Assembly: GCF_009834535.1 (NCBI RefSeq)
Contig: NC_045696.1
Coordinates: forward strand, 112,656,001 to 112,720,000
DNA from: Camelus ferus
Lineage: Eukaryota
Reading direction: 5' to 3'
Length of the DNA: 64,000 nucleotides
The stretch's first letter is position 1; the number at the start of each line of letters is the position of its first letter. Below, piece by piece: positions 25,395-39,200 of the stretch. Below the pieces are notes generated by a model, which made no database searches, was not told where the DNA came from, and saw nothing but the letters and a program-made list of their open reading frames with translations. Position numbers and translations under genes: made by a program.

Positions 25395-27129
25395 GAAGAT
25401 TAAAAAAAGAAAAAGGCATAAGCATCCTCCTGTTTGCTAGAACCATTTTGTGTTCACCAAGCTTGAATTGGCCATTACTTGGTTTCCTCTTTCACGGATT
25501 TTAGAACATTATATCCTTCTATGTTTTATTTTTTTAGTCCTCAATATGACTAAGATTTTTCACTCTTGCTCTGTTTTCTGGGTACCTGCTCATTTGCTAT
25601 TTCTCAGCATCCCCTGGGTCTCCACTTCCTCTTATAAGAGACCCCCTGCCTTTATGGGCGTCATCTTTTTGCAGCCGGTTACCAGGAAAGGGCTTCACCG
25701 GACTTTACCTTCGCTGCTTTCTCTTACCTTTGACTCTCTGCTTGTAATCATGGGAGTAATGCAATTTTGCTGATGGAGGTATATTTTCCTTCTCTCTAGA
25801 AAACTTTGTTTTGTGTACCATAGTTTTAAAAATATGTACAGAGTTATGACTATTGTATTTTATCAGCCAGAAGTAAGACCATTATACGGGGAGGAATGGG
25901 TGGCTTATAAAAGATATTATACTGCTTTCTGCTTTGGCTCTATATCCTGCAGGTAAACTGACTGATATTTTAATTTCCTCAGACTCTTTTGAAAGCTCTC
26001 TAAATGAATGTTCTGAAGAAAATATATAACTTTGGTTATCATACTTTATGGTTATTACTGTGTACACATTAAATGTGAATTAATGCAATAAAACAGTGCA
26101 TTTCACATAAAAATACTATGAATTTCACTGCTGCCACTGACATAGCACATGTATCAATGTAATTATGGGTTACAAATCTTTGCCAAGAGAAGAAGTAACA
26201 TTTATTTGATACTCACTTATTGTGAGAATTCAAAACAAATTTTAATTTTGATACCACTTTGATACCATACTCATACCTGACCTATCCCCCTTAGCTGAGG
26301 TTTCTTTTAGGAAACTGGCATTTGCTTTGGCGTTAGCTTTAAATCAATAACAGATGGTGGCATCAGAGATATTTAGCAAAGACTGTTGCCAATGAAAATC
26401 CACCTGCCACTAAACATGGATGAGTAATTCTCGCCACTGAAATTTAAAGATATTCTGTTGTCTTCTTCAAATATCACCCATTTTAACAAGGTATTTTGCA
26501 GCCTCAATATTATACTAGAGAGGCAAAATAACATGCATATGGAGAAAATAACATAGCATGTGGTTAGATGTTAGCTACTCCCCACGATAGGCATTAACAG
26601 TTAGTAAATACATTCAGGGAAGTTCTATTTGGAACTTTTTTGTTTTACTGGAATTACTGGGCATTGAACCCAGGCACTTCTGCATATACAACTACTAGTT
26701 GTACTCTAGTGAACTAGCCAAACTTTATTAAACATCCGTAGTATTTATCTGCCAACGAATGTCATACATGCTTAAGCAATATTTATAAACTATAAGATCC
26801 CATTGAAAGGTGATTCTCCAGAGTCAAATCCTAACTATGAAAGAACGTCTCCTTCATCTCCTGTGGCAACTAGAATAAAAAGTTGGTGCTGATAAAAAAT
26901 GACTGGGATTCACGATGCCCCAGGATCCCTCATTCTGACTCCCGGTTATAGCTATTATGCAGCACCCAAATTCAACCACCGTGGGTCTGAATGTGAGAGC
27001 GCATGTGTGTGTGTCCCACGTGAAAGGACAACAGCATATTTACACCAGAAGCTGTTGCCTGTTCACATGTTCCTCCACCTAAGCCATATGCCCATACACT
27101 TCATCTTCACTAACAGAACATGTGCTTTA

Positions 27130-27600
27130 CGTTCGGGAATTGGGCAGAAAGGACTTGATTTCAGGGAAGGCGGACCCAGCCCCTGATCTAGGGATGGACA
27201 TGAGCCCAGTTCTGGACAATGTATTGTAAGGGGGCATCTTCTGAGAAAGAATTTTGCTCTCTAATAAGAGAAGGGTTATGTGAGGAGAGGGGCTCTTTGC
27301 AACACAACCTCCCGTGGCTGGTCTGTGAATCTGTGTCAAGTGGACTGTGGTGTTTGAAACTGCTGCCGCCATCTTAAAACTGTGTTGGAAAGGCCAAATG
27401 ACATCAGCTGAGCACCTTGACATTTTTGAGTCCAGAACTAGCCTGCAGCTGCCTGCCCTTGGATGTCTTAGTATATAGAAACGTGTGATTCTTTCTATAC
27501 ATTATTGATGGTTTCTTCTGTTATTTTTTGTTATTTGAGTGTCTGAAGAGTATAATCATTTCCATAAACTGAAACCAGTCATGTGGGTTGGGATATTTTT
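27130..27600 (+). mobile_element. MaLR solo LTR (MLT1K/L-like)
   Basis: 'ggacatgagcccagttctggacaatg', 'tttgaaactgctgccgccatctt', 'ccttgacatttttgagtcc'. Confidence 0.7.
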
Positions 27601-27609
27601 TTTATCAGT

Positions 27610-28000
27610 GTTCCAGTGAGTCAGTTTAGGTGTGACAAATTGGGAAGTTTGGGTTCAGCAAAGGCTGGGATTTTACCAGGTACGCACAAAGCAAAGTGAA
27701 GGGGAAAGTGAACATTGGAGGGAGGTCATGTGAGATCTTACTGGGTCTTTATGAAGTCAGAGGACTCTTGCAGTGGGCATATTAGAATAAACAGATTGGA
27801 AATATAGGAGAGGGTGGTTAAACTTTGGAATGTATGAAACTGTAATAAGAAATGGGAGCATTACTGATGATCATAAATCCTTGAATATGACTCTGGGAGT
27901 GGTGGCTAAGTGTAACAGAGCAAGGACTGGAAATGTGGAGGTCAAAGTCCAGAGAGACCAAGTTGACAAGGAGAGAATGACTACATACAGTCATAAGAAC
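27610..28000 (-). mobile_element. L2 internal fragment
   Basis: Purine-rich 'aatatgactctgggagtggtggctaag...ggaggtcaaag' resembles antisense L2 ORF2. Confidence 0.5.
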
Positions 28001-28034
28001 ACACAGATAGGAGATCTCATTCATATTTGGATAA

Positions 28035-28480
28035 TCTAGATATCCATTGCCATCCTCCTTCATGTCTATTTTCCACCATCCTCTGCCCTGTGGAGGTTGA
28101 TCTCTATGGATGACATTACTCAAGTTCCCTAGTTCTTTGGTTTTTGGTTGAGTTTGACCAAGGGAAAGTAGCAGGGAAATCAAGTTGCGGTAATCATCCC
28201 CTTTTCCCATCTCTTCCATACGGTGGTTCTGGCTGTGGCTGAGTGCCGGGATTACAGTTCCTCATGGAAGGGGATGTCCCTGTTCCACAGCTCCAACCTC
28301 TCTCCAGGTCCCTACAATACTCCTCCTTCATTGTTGTGCCTTCTAGCCTAGAGGTGGCAATGGCTTAGCACAAGGTTCTCAGTCATTCTGCATTTATTTA
28401 ACTCTGCTCACATCCCTTCAAGTAGTTCCTTCCTTTAACTTTCTTCAATTAAACTTTTTTAGTGTGTTACACAGAATCTA
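28035..28480 (+). mobile_element. ERVL solo LTR (LTR33-like)
   Basis: 'gaggttgatctctatggatgacat', 'ggttgagtttgaccaaggg', 'gcctagaggtggcaatggct'. Confidence 0.75.
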
Positions 28481-30737
28481 GACTATTTCAGTCAGTTTCA
28501 CAAACTTTATTTACAAAATAGTGACTAATAGAAAAAATATATTAAGGATAGTTTGATACCTAATATAGAATAATGAGATATTAAACAATATTTTGTATTC
28601 CATTAACTGCAAAGATTTCAAGACTAGTGCTGCCCCTAACAACCAAAACCTAACCTAAATGATTCACATTGCAAATTGTTTTCAATATGCAGAGGTTAAA
28701 TGACTTACCTATTGGAAATTTTGCATCACGGAGACAAAACTATATTGTAAGTTGGCCCTGTCTGATGGTCCTTGTGGAATGTGAAGTCTCACAACCTTCC
28801 ATTCCAATTCAATTTCATCTGGAGAAATAAACTATATTATATGTAAAGGAGAATATATGAAATGAAAAATTTTGCTTGGGGAAGGTGCACTGAAACTGTT
28901 TACTTTTCAACTTATCCTAATTTCTGTAGCAATTGCCCCTTTCCTTTCATATATTTCTGACTTCTTAGATTCATATTGTAAAATCACCTATAATTGTTTT
29001 ATCATTTATCATTTCATAAAAACAAAACTGCTAACAGATGATTTTATAAAGTCAATGACATATCTAGAGACCCATGGGAAGACATAATTTTATATGATCC
29101 CATGCAACTACTTTTTTTTTGTTTAATAAATTTTTGTCACTCTACTGCCAGGCATATATTTCATTATTATTTCTGATGTTCGTCACAAACACTAAAATTT
29201 ACCTTTCTAGTGGTTCAAAACTCCACTCAAGGTTATTATATCTCTACTGGAGATGCCTCTATAAAGATAAAACTCTGATAGGGATGTTCACATATACTAG
29301 GAGACAGAAAAATAAATACTGTGAACCTTATCTTTTCTATTTGTACAAGCAGCAGAAAATATTTGACGACAAACATTCTTATTTCCATTTGTCACACAAA
29401 GCTTTCAACAACATATTATCATCAGCTCATATACCAAGAGGTTGCCATTGATGTTATGTGTCAGGAAGATGTTTTTCTGATGACCTTTAAATATCACAAT
29501 CCCAAGTGATGATGCAGAATGATTTTCTTTTATCCTAAGACCTTCTTTAAAAAATTCAAATGCTTTGGGGTGTGTCATCAGGCCAGTGATGCAGTGTTGT
29601 ATCTTTTGCAAGATGTTAGAGGAAGGAAAGGCTGTTAAACCTTGAATGTCAACTGTTACCTTTACCATGCTATTTTTACCTTGTGTATTTGTAACATTTT
29701 TCATCTAAAGAACACAAAAGACTTTATACAGAAGCATATAAAGACTGCTAATACTCCAAATTGTTGAGAGAAGATGGAATGCGGGTGGCGGGAGGCAGCT
29801 GGGCATTATATAAAAGTTTTATTTTTTTTAAGCTGTCAGTATACGTATACCATGTTAGAGGGGATATTTCCTCTGCTTCATTTTTGTAAGCCAGATCCCA
29901 CGGGATGATAAAAGGGCAATTTTCTTTCTTCCAGAATTCTTATTTTTGGCATATATCTGTAGTAATATGGATAAAATTATTACCCAGAATTATTCTCAGG
30001 AAAAATACTGTGTATATTTGAAAAAGATTCTTTATCAAATTACTTAAGGTTGAAGGAGTATCCAAAAGGCATACTGAAGACAATATTTGATCAATAAAAT
30101 ATCTTCTAAGAAGTGGGGAGGAGACAATTATAACTAAGGGACATTTTAATCCTTGAACACAATGGTCACTGGGGCTTATACATATAGGAGCAGAGCAAAC
30201 TTGTTCCACCTAATAGGGAAGATCCTAAGCATTGTATAAAGAAAATCCAGGAAATAAGAGGGGCCATAAAGAAAGTTGTCTAATGGGATTACATGCTGAG
30301 CAATATAATGTAAATATAATTGTGATGTGCAGTGAAAACCCTCTCTTTCTTCCCTATGATATCAACATAAAATTTTACATTACCCAATAATAATTTTAAT
30401 GTGATTGGCTCATCCAAGAAGAATGCAAATAACACTGGCTGGAAGGGAAATTCATTTGACATCATTTCAGATAAGGACTTCTCTGCTTTCTTGTGCTAAG
30501 CAAAATTGTTGACTAGTCTTACCTCGTCTTGTCACGGTGCAGTGGAATACGTCTCATAACCTTTTATATTTGAAGGACAAAAGAAGAACACTTGACTGTG
30601 GAAAAATCTTATCTTTTTTTTTTTTTAATACTAGTAACACTAGGTTCTAGTTGTGTAGAACCTAATTCTCCAATAGTCGAAAATGTATTTTCCCAGTCTG
30701 AATCTAATTTTAGAAATTACCTTGAAAGAATCAAGAA

Positions 30738-33700
30738 ACTTCCAGTTTCCACTTAGGATATAGAAATCTGGGGAAACCCATATATCCAATCTTACAAACA
30801 CAATAACTTTAAAAAGCCAGACAAACTGAAAGTTTATGACTTCTTCAACACGTCAGAAAACTGATGTTGCCAGAAACCAATCAGCTAAAATCTAATGAGA
30901 TAAATGCATGTAGGAAGAAATGGAACCTGAGAACTTGCTTACCTGGAGCAGATGCAGCTGGACACTGGTAAGAATAATTCAGCTAGAATGTTAATAAATT
31001 GGTGGAGTTTGAGCAGGGGCTGGTGAGAGATTGTGGAGTCTCAGAAGATGAAGATACAGAGTTTCTAACCTTTTCAACCCTTCCTCTGCAGACTCCATCA
31101 TGCTCTCACAAAAATGACCAGTAAAATTTCCAAGAAAGTGTTCCTCACGGTGCAGGCCTAGGAGAGGCAAATGGCAGTCACTGTATAAGAAGCTCATATC
31201 CAACCTTCTCCCTTGTCTCTCTTATGGGTAAAAAAATTATAATCTCTGTAGTGAAGGACAGTCAGCACCCTCACCCTAAATGCAATGGTGCAAACCTATT
31301 GCAGCCTGAGAGAGAGAGAGAGAGAAAGAATGAAAACCAAAAACCTCTATCCTGGCGAAAGATCAGGAATGTGTTGGTCTAAGATAGAAGTACACTTCAG
31401 GGATGGAGAGGAGTATCTGGGAAGGTTATACCTGAGACCAACAGACACAGTACCTGTCTATGACTGAGACCGAATCAGAACCACAGGCTAATAAGCATAA
31501 ATTGAAAAAGTAGCAATAGAATGTGTCTAGAGTAACTGAAAGAGTATAGAAACAGACAGTATCTGAGGTACAGTGCAAAGGAAAGACCTAAAGCTGAGGA
31601 TGAAGCAGATATTAAGTAAAGCCTCCTGGCAAGCCAGCCCCCACCAGAAACATAAATTATCATCAGAGGAATTTAAAGCCTGCAGAGCACTGAGGGTAAC
31701 CATAGTAACAACAAACCTGAAATACATTTCAACTCTTGGCTGGATTAATTTAAACCTGCACATTAAAGGATTAGTAAGGGGTAAAAGAGGCCTAGCAGAA
31801 GGAAAGGCATCATGCCTTTTTGCAGCCATAAAAGCTACTTAACTCAGTCTCTGTTGTCCAACACGAGATGTCTCATTTTTGACAAAAAATCATGAGACAT
31901 ACAAAAAGGCAAGACAAAACAACAAAGTGCCAAGAGACAAAGCAATCAGACAAATATGACATTGATGTTGGAAATTAGTGGTAATTTAAATGTTATGATT
32001 AGTATGTTAAATAATATGACTGATATTAATTATGATTGACTTTGATTAGCATGCTAAGGGATCTAACAGGACAGGAGTAAAGCCTTCATGATCACTTGGT
32101 AAATTACAGCATGGACTCAAAAACTGTGAGAAACAACTAAATGGAAATACTAGAAGTGAAAAACACAATAATAGAGATGAAGAATGACATCAATGGACTC
32201 ATAAGTAGAGTTGACATAGACTAAGATAGAATCAGTAAAGTGGAAGACAAGTCATTAGAAATTATCCAAACAGAAGCTAAAAAAAAAAAAAAAAAAAATA
32301 GTGTGAAGATAAAAACAGGACAGAGCATCCAAGAACTATGGAATGATATCAAACAGTCCCATAGTCCAATAAGGAAAAGACAGAGACAATGAATCAAAAG
32401 AAATATTGTTCAAAATAATGGCTTAGAAGTTTCTAAAATAATTGATGCTAAGCCACAGATTAAAGAGGATCAGAGAATATCAAGTAAAATAAATATTTGA
32501 AAATCACATGTAAGGATATTAGTCAAAGTTCTGAAGACAAACAATAAAGAGAAGATCTTGATACAGCCATAGAGGGGGAAAACACAACACATATAGAACA
32601 CAGGTGAGAATTAGAGCCATTTTCTTGCCAGAAACCATGCAAGCCAAAATATTATAGAGTGAAATTTTTAGAGTACTGAAAAAATGGTTTACTTCTTTAA
32701 AAATAATGTTTATATAGGACATATATCCAGTGACAGTATATTTTTAATAAAGTAGAAAAAAATGAAAGAGAAATACTTTCTCAAACTAATGCTGAAAGAA
32801 TTCATTGCTAGCAACCCTACACCAAGAGAAATGATAAAAGAAGTTCTTTAGTCAGAAGAAATAGGATATTAAATAGAAACTTGGATCTACACAAAGAAAT
32901 GAATAAGACTAGGAATAAATGAAAGTAAAATAAAATTCTATTTTTTTTTATTTTTTGATAGCTCTAAAAGAGGACTCATTGCTTAGAACAAAAAATGGTA
33001 GCAATGTATCGTGTGTTTATAGCAAAGATAAACCTAAAATGTGTGACATAAAAAACTCAAAGTTTGAGAGGCAGGAAGTGGGAATCTACTGTTTAAGTTT
33101 CTTAAAGTCCTTAACTGAACTGAACATTAAGTAGTATAGTAATATTTGTTGGTAGACTCTGATTAAAATTATATCTTGTAAACCCTACAGCAACCAGTAA
33201 AAATTTTAACAAGAGGAATAAATTATAAGTCAAGATTTGGTATAAAATAGAATAATAATAAATGTTCAACTAACCCAAATAAGACAAAAAAAAAAAAAAA
33301 AGGGAAAGAAAAAAGCAGATGGAATAAATTGATAACAGATATCAAGAAGATATATTTTAAACCAATCATGTCAATGATTATGTAAAATACGACTGGTTTA
33401 GACATATAAATTAAGTAAGAGATTGTGAGACTGGGTAAAAAGGAAAGTTTAAACTGCCTGCCATCTACAAGAAATCCACTTTAAACATAAAAATACAGAT
33501 AGGTTAAAAGTAAAATGAGGGGGAAAGATAAATCATGTGAGTATTAATCAAATGAAAGCTAAAGTGGCTATATTAATATCAGACAAAGGGTACTCCAAAA
33601 CAAGGAAGATTATCCAGTACAAACATTACAGAGATGATAAGAAGGTCAGTTTTCCATGAAATATAATTCCATCCTAGTGCATGCACATAACAACAGAATT

Positions 33701-36035
33701 TCAAAATTCATGAAGCAAAAACTTCTGTATTTGAAAGTAAAAATACACAAACTCACAATAATAATTAGAAGCTGTGACACTTCTTTTAGTAATTGATGAA
33801 CAAATAGACAGAAAATCAGTAAGATACAGAAAAGCTGAATAAGTCTAGAAAATCAATTTGATTTAATTGATATTTATAGAACACTATAACCAGCAAAAGA
33901 AGAATGTACATTATTTTCAAGTATGCATGAAACAATCATCAAGATAGACCATATTCTATGTTATAAACAATGTGTTATTAAAAAAGTTAAAAGAATAGAA
34001 ATAGAAAATTAAGTTCTTGGACAATATGCAATTATATTATGAATCAGTAACAGAAAGATATCTGGAAAATCCCTAAATATTTGTAAAAATTGAACAAAGA
34101 CATTTCTTCATAACCCTTAAGTCAAAGATGGTATTTTATGAAAATTGTAAACATTTTTAATTCACAGAAAAGAAATATTAAACATATCAAAGTTTACTGG
34201 ATAAAACTAAAGTAGTGCTTAGAGAGAAATTTATAGCATAAATATATTAAAAAATAAAAGTCACACATGAGTAATCTTCCTCTTCAAAAGACTAGGAAAT
34301 AAAGATTAAATTAAACCCAAGGCAAGAAAACAGAAATAATGAAAGTAGAAATCAGTGAAATTGGGAGGTAGAAAAGCAATAGAGAAGGTCAATGAAACTA
34401 AAAGCTGTTTCTTTTTTAAAAAAAATCAATACAATTAATAAACCTCTAGCCAGACTAACCGAGAAATTGAGAGAAGAAACAAAATTACTAATGTCAAAAA
34501 TGAGAGATGAAAAGACTATTATACAGATCCCACAGTGTTATTAAAAGAGTGATAAGGAACTACTGTAAACAATTCTATGCCCATAAAGTAAAAAACTTAG
34601 ATGAAATGAACCAACTCCTTGAAAGAAACAAAATGTCAATACTTGCTAAAGAAATAAGTAGGTAACTGGAATAGTCCATATCCATAAAAATATTAAATTT
34701 ATAGTGTTTAACTTTCCAACAAAGAAAATCTTTGTCCCAGATGAGTTCTACCAAAACTTTAAGAAAAATAATATACTAATTCTACAAAACCTCTTCTAGA
34801 AAATGGTAGGGGAGGCAACACTTTCAAACTCACCTTACGAGGTTAGCATTACCCTAATGCTAAAACTAGATAAAGCCATCATAAGAAGTGAAAACTAAGA
34901 AAAGAAACAACATTCTTCATGAACAAAGATAGAAATACCTCCTATAAAATATTAGCTGATCAAACTCATATAAAACATATATAAAGGACATATAAAAGGA
35001 CACATATATTTAACAAGTGAGTTTATCCCAAGAATGCAAGGCTACTTCCTCATTCAAAAATCAAAGTAATTCACCATGTTAACAGACTAAAGAAAAAAAT
35101 ACAAATGATTATCTCAGTTGGTGTAGAAACAGCATTTGGTAAGTTTCAACATTAATTCAGGATAAAAACTTTCAGCAAACTTGCAGTAGAAGGGACCATT
35201 CTTAATCTGACAAAAGTTATCTACACAAAACCTGTAGCTAACATCATTTAGTTAAAAGGTGAATATTTTCTCCCTAAGACGGTTCAGAACACGTGGATAT
35301 TCTCTCTCAGAACTTTATTCGACATCTAGCTGGAACACCTAGCCAGTACAGTAAGACAAGAAAAAGAAAACTAAAAGGCATAATAACAGGAAAAGAAATA
35401 GCAAAAATGTCTGTTTAGAGGCAACATGATTGGCAACATAGAAAATTCCAACAAAGTTACAAAACTAGAATTAATAATTAAGTATGATACAGATGCCGTA
35501 TACAAAAGTCAATAATAAAAATCAATTGTACTTTTGTTAATTTGCTATTATTGTGGCAATTAACAATGAAATTAGAAATAATTGAAAAAAATACATTAGC
35601 AACCAAAAGTGATAAATTATCAACTGAAAGTGATAAATCTTAAAAAATTATGCATGATCAGTGTGCTGAAAATGACAAAAAAAAACCTTACAAAATAAGG
35701 AAGACAAAAACACATAGAGAGATATTTGTGGATTTGAAGACTCAATAGTATAAAAACGTCAACTCCACCCAAAGTGATCTATAGATTAAATAGAATCCTA
35801 ACCTAAACTTAGCAGGTTTTTGTAAATATTGAAAAGCCAACTCTAAAATTTGTGTGGAAAGGTGGCAAAAGAACTAGAATAGTCAAAACAATTCTGAAAA
35901 AGAAAAATAAGTTTGGAGGACTCACACTACCTGATTGCAAGATTTACTATTAATTAAGACAGTGTGGTATTGGCAGGGAGATAGATACAAGATCACTAGA
36001 ACAGGAAGCCCAGAAACAGATACACACAAATATTG
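30738..36035 (+). mobile_element. Long degraded L1 (L1MC/L1MD-like): 5'UTR, ORF1 and most of ORF2
   Basis: Starts 'acttccagtttccac'. ORF1-like at about 31.9-32.9 kb. Endonuclease region 'ccatctacaagaaatccactttaaa', 'agaatgtacattattttcaag...caagatagaccatattct'. RT region 'tttatcccaagaatgcaaggct', 'tttagaggcaacatgatt'. Many stops and frameshifts. Confidence 0.9.
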
Positions 36036-37562
36036 TCTCATAAAGTCAACCTTAGTTTCTTAAAACTGATTGATCATATTTGACTTGGGGTACATTCTCC
36101 AGTATGACATTCTAGTCAAAGACTTAGTAATACAACTCGTGTTTCCAACTGTGTTCTGTTACAAAGAGAATAAATTCTTATTAAACTTATGAAATAATTT
36201 TAGTGGTTTTAGTTACATATGTCAATTAGAATTCTTTTTTTTTAACATTTTTTATTGATTTATAATCATTTTACAATGTTGTGTCAAATTCCAGTGTTCA
36301 GAGAAAGAAAAATACCATATGAGATCTCTCATATGTGGAATCTAAAAAACAAAAACAAAAACAAACAAACAAAAACAAAGCGTAAATAAAGGACAGAAAT
36401 AGACTCACAGACAGAGAATACAGACTTGTGGTTACCAAGGGGGTGGAGGGTGGGAAGGGATAGACTGGGATTTCAAAATTGTAGAATAGACTACACTGTA
36501 TAGCACAGGGAAATATACACAAAATGTTATGATAACTCACAGAGAAAAAAATGTGACAATGAGTGTGTATATGTCCATGAATAACTGAAAAATTGTCAAG
36601 TAGAATTCTTTATCCTTAGAAACCTTAATTTCTAGTGAAAGCCAGGAAGCAGTTGTGAACTGTTTTTATGCCAGTATTTTTGGATAGACAAACTTAAGAA
36701 TACAGTTATAATTTCTAGAAATACGTATTTCCTCATAACCTAAATTTTTCCCATGAGGTATAAGACATGTTTCTAACAGACCCAAATATCTTTAGATTTT
36801 TTTGTAATAAGAAGACAAAAGTAGCAAAATTTAGACTTGCTTAGTAATTAATGTTTCAGTATTTTATCTTACTTGGAAATGATCTAGACATTCAACGAAT
36901 TCCCTTAATTTAACCTAAGTTAGCAAAACTCTAAAGTTTCAACTTACCTTTAAGATTTGGAAACTATTTTTAAGCATCCATACCATAAAACATAATTATT
37001 CTTTAAAAGTTTACCTAAAGTCTCTTATCGCATTTACATTTATTTAATTTACTCATGAAAATGTCTTCATATCAAGTAATTTTTTCTTGCTGAGAAACTT
37101 TACAACAGAGATAACATAAACTTATTTAATTTTCAGTGAACCTAGATACAATAAAAATATTATACTTAATGCTGATTACTCTAAAGGCTTGTCTGTATTA
37201 GTTAAACCAATAAATTAAACCACGTTTAATACAGAATATTTTCCCAAACCATGTGAACCTGAAATTTATTTGGGTTAGTTTCTACTAAATTTCTGAGAAT
37301 TTATATAAGCACTTAGTTTTCTTTAATCCGATTAAACATACCCCTTTGTACAAATTAATTTTGGTAGTACCATCCAGAAGAAGGAAATATGACAAATTTA
37401 CAACACATACATTGGCACACATGAACATAAACAGATGTACACAGAGACCCCTATAGCTCCTGTTCCAAAATTTCAGCCATGAATCAGGTGCCCACCAGTT
37501 ACAAAAGATTCAAATTGGTTTTCTAGCCAATGGAAGAGATCAAGGTCACCTGTTGAGATCAG
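36035..37562 (-). mobile_element. ERV1 (MER4/MER34-group-like) internal fragment without LTRs
   Basis: 'atgacattctagtcaaagacttagtaatacaactcgtgtttccaactgtgttctgttacaaagagaataaattcttattaaacttatg' and 'gtaattaatgtttcagtattttatcttacttggaaatgatctagacatt' resemble the AT-rich interior of non-autonomous ERV1 elements. Confidence 0.65.
36220..36611 (-). mobile_element. Young camel-type L1 3' end with 5' inversion (twin priming), 18-bp TSD
   Basis: TSD tgtcaattagaattcttt (36220-36237) / tgtcaagtagaattcttt (36594-36611); antisense terminal about 63 bp to 36300; sense 3'UTR segment 36301-36595. Confidence 0.93.
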
Positions 37563-37564
37563 TA

Positions 37565-38692
37565 ATAAATTATTGATCTATGAAACAACCTAGATGAGTC
37601 TTGAGTCATTTTCCAAGAAGCTAGACTAGATGGTATAAGGTAAAATACAAAAAGAACTCTACACACTTAGTGTATCTGAGGTAGAATTTTTTTTCTGCTT
37701 TCTGACAAGGGTTGAAACAAGGGTTGAAACTACTTTATAAATATACCAGAGTTGAACAAATAACTATATACTGTAGGTTTCTCACAGTTAGAGAATAAAG
37801 TTAAAATTAGGAATGAGGCAAACCTAAAATGAACCCAATGCTGTTGGATTGGAATAGGTAGTATCGATATGAGTTTGTTTGTTATTGCGGTTATATATGC
37901 AAATACGTCTTGAAATTGATAAAGGTGTGTGTATTCAGGGATTAGCACACACACACACACACACACACACACGTATTCCAATTCTATCCACTATGAGAAT
38001 CTAGAAGCAGCTACACCTCAGGAGTAATGAACATATCTCATTCCCACATCTTAATTTCTAAATTAAACTTTCTAAGACACCTCAGGATGTAGTTGATTCC
38101 AGGTATCGGGCTCAGAATGCACTAGGTAAGCCTGGTACGTCTTGTGGTGTCGGAAATTAAGAAAGTGCCCACAAAAGGTAAGACATGTAGAAAGGGCACG
38201 GGAACAGCTGGGAAGCAACCACAAAGGCACAAGCTGGAACAATGTGAACAACAAAAAAATAATGAATATATTGGAATATAACATATAAAATAAATATCTG
38301 TGAGGCCATACTGACTGATGCAAGTAACTAAGCTAGCAAATAAATAGACAGAACAGCTCTTCTTTACAGAAAGATTCTAATCAAAACATTTAGAAGGAAT
38401 GTGGAAAACAGAAAATCATAAAACAGGTAAGATCCACTGATGAATGCTAAAACAAGTGTATACACATTTGAGTAGGAACAGGACATTTCTGTCATCTCAG
38501 TGTCTCTCCCACAGGATAGTTATGAATGACAAAGGGAAACATAGTAACTTTAGGGTGCAGAAACCCAGCAGATACTGCTTGAATCCCAGGGATGCAGGGT
38601 CACATCACTGGTAATAAAATACACTGATATCAGCATTTATTTATATGAGGCTCTGGGAAGAGCATGTCATCTCTGCCATATCCTCATCCAAG
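37565..38692 (+). mobile_element. L1MC3-like 3'UTR, probable continuation of the 30.7-36.0 kb L1; (CA)n at about 37946-37972
   Basis: 'ttgatctatgaaacaacctagatgagtct', 'ttgattccaggtatcgggctcag', 'aaagggaaacatagtaactttagggtgcagaaacccagcagatac'. Confidence 0.8.
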
Positions 38693-39104
38693 ACGTCTCT
38701 CCACTTTCTGTCTTTTACATCTTTCATTGATTTTCAGTCTTCTTACCCATAATTTTATGCCATATTATTGCCATTTTCTCATAATTTTCCTTTTTTCACT
38801 TGAACACTTATTTTTCAACTTTCACCTTTGAGTTGCTAACATCTGAACCTAAGTTTGTCCAAGATTTCTGTCCTTAATAATAAATAAAAGGCAAGGATTA
38901 AGAAATGCTCTGTTTTTAATGACCGTCTATGGCTAGGGTCAATTTGGTTATGCTAGGATCAATAACCTCTAAACACAGCTATTGCATGGACCCTCAGCCT
39001 CAGGGTGTCTCCATCTCTCTCTTACCTGTTTTCTCTGTCAGTATTCATCTCTGGCTTTCTGTATCTCTGTCCTCTCACTTTCTCTTTTCCCCCCATTTCT
39101 GTTA

Positions 39105-39200
39105 GGAGAAGCAGTAAATCATAGTGGTTAAGAGAAAGGTCTAGTGCCCCCTGCCTTGGGGGTCACACACAGCTCAGCCACAAGGCCTTGAGATCTTTCA
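39105..39200 (+). mobile_element. MIR 5' fragment
   Basis: 'agcagtaaatcatagtggttaagagaaagg'. Confidence 0.55.

Noticed and set aside
26645..26722. tRNA-derived SINE-like motif 'tactgggcattgaacccagg'
   Set aside because: Only the B-box-like part matches; the rest is too degenerate to call.
37705..37730. 12-bp perfect tandem duplication (acaagggttgaa)x2, and a similar 10-bp one near 57807
   Set aside because: Ordinary slippage duplications inside decayed repeats.
30738..38692. Potentially active full-length L1
   Set aside because: No long ORF1 or ORF2 in the track; heavily mutated, interrupted and missing part of ORF2.
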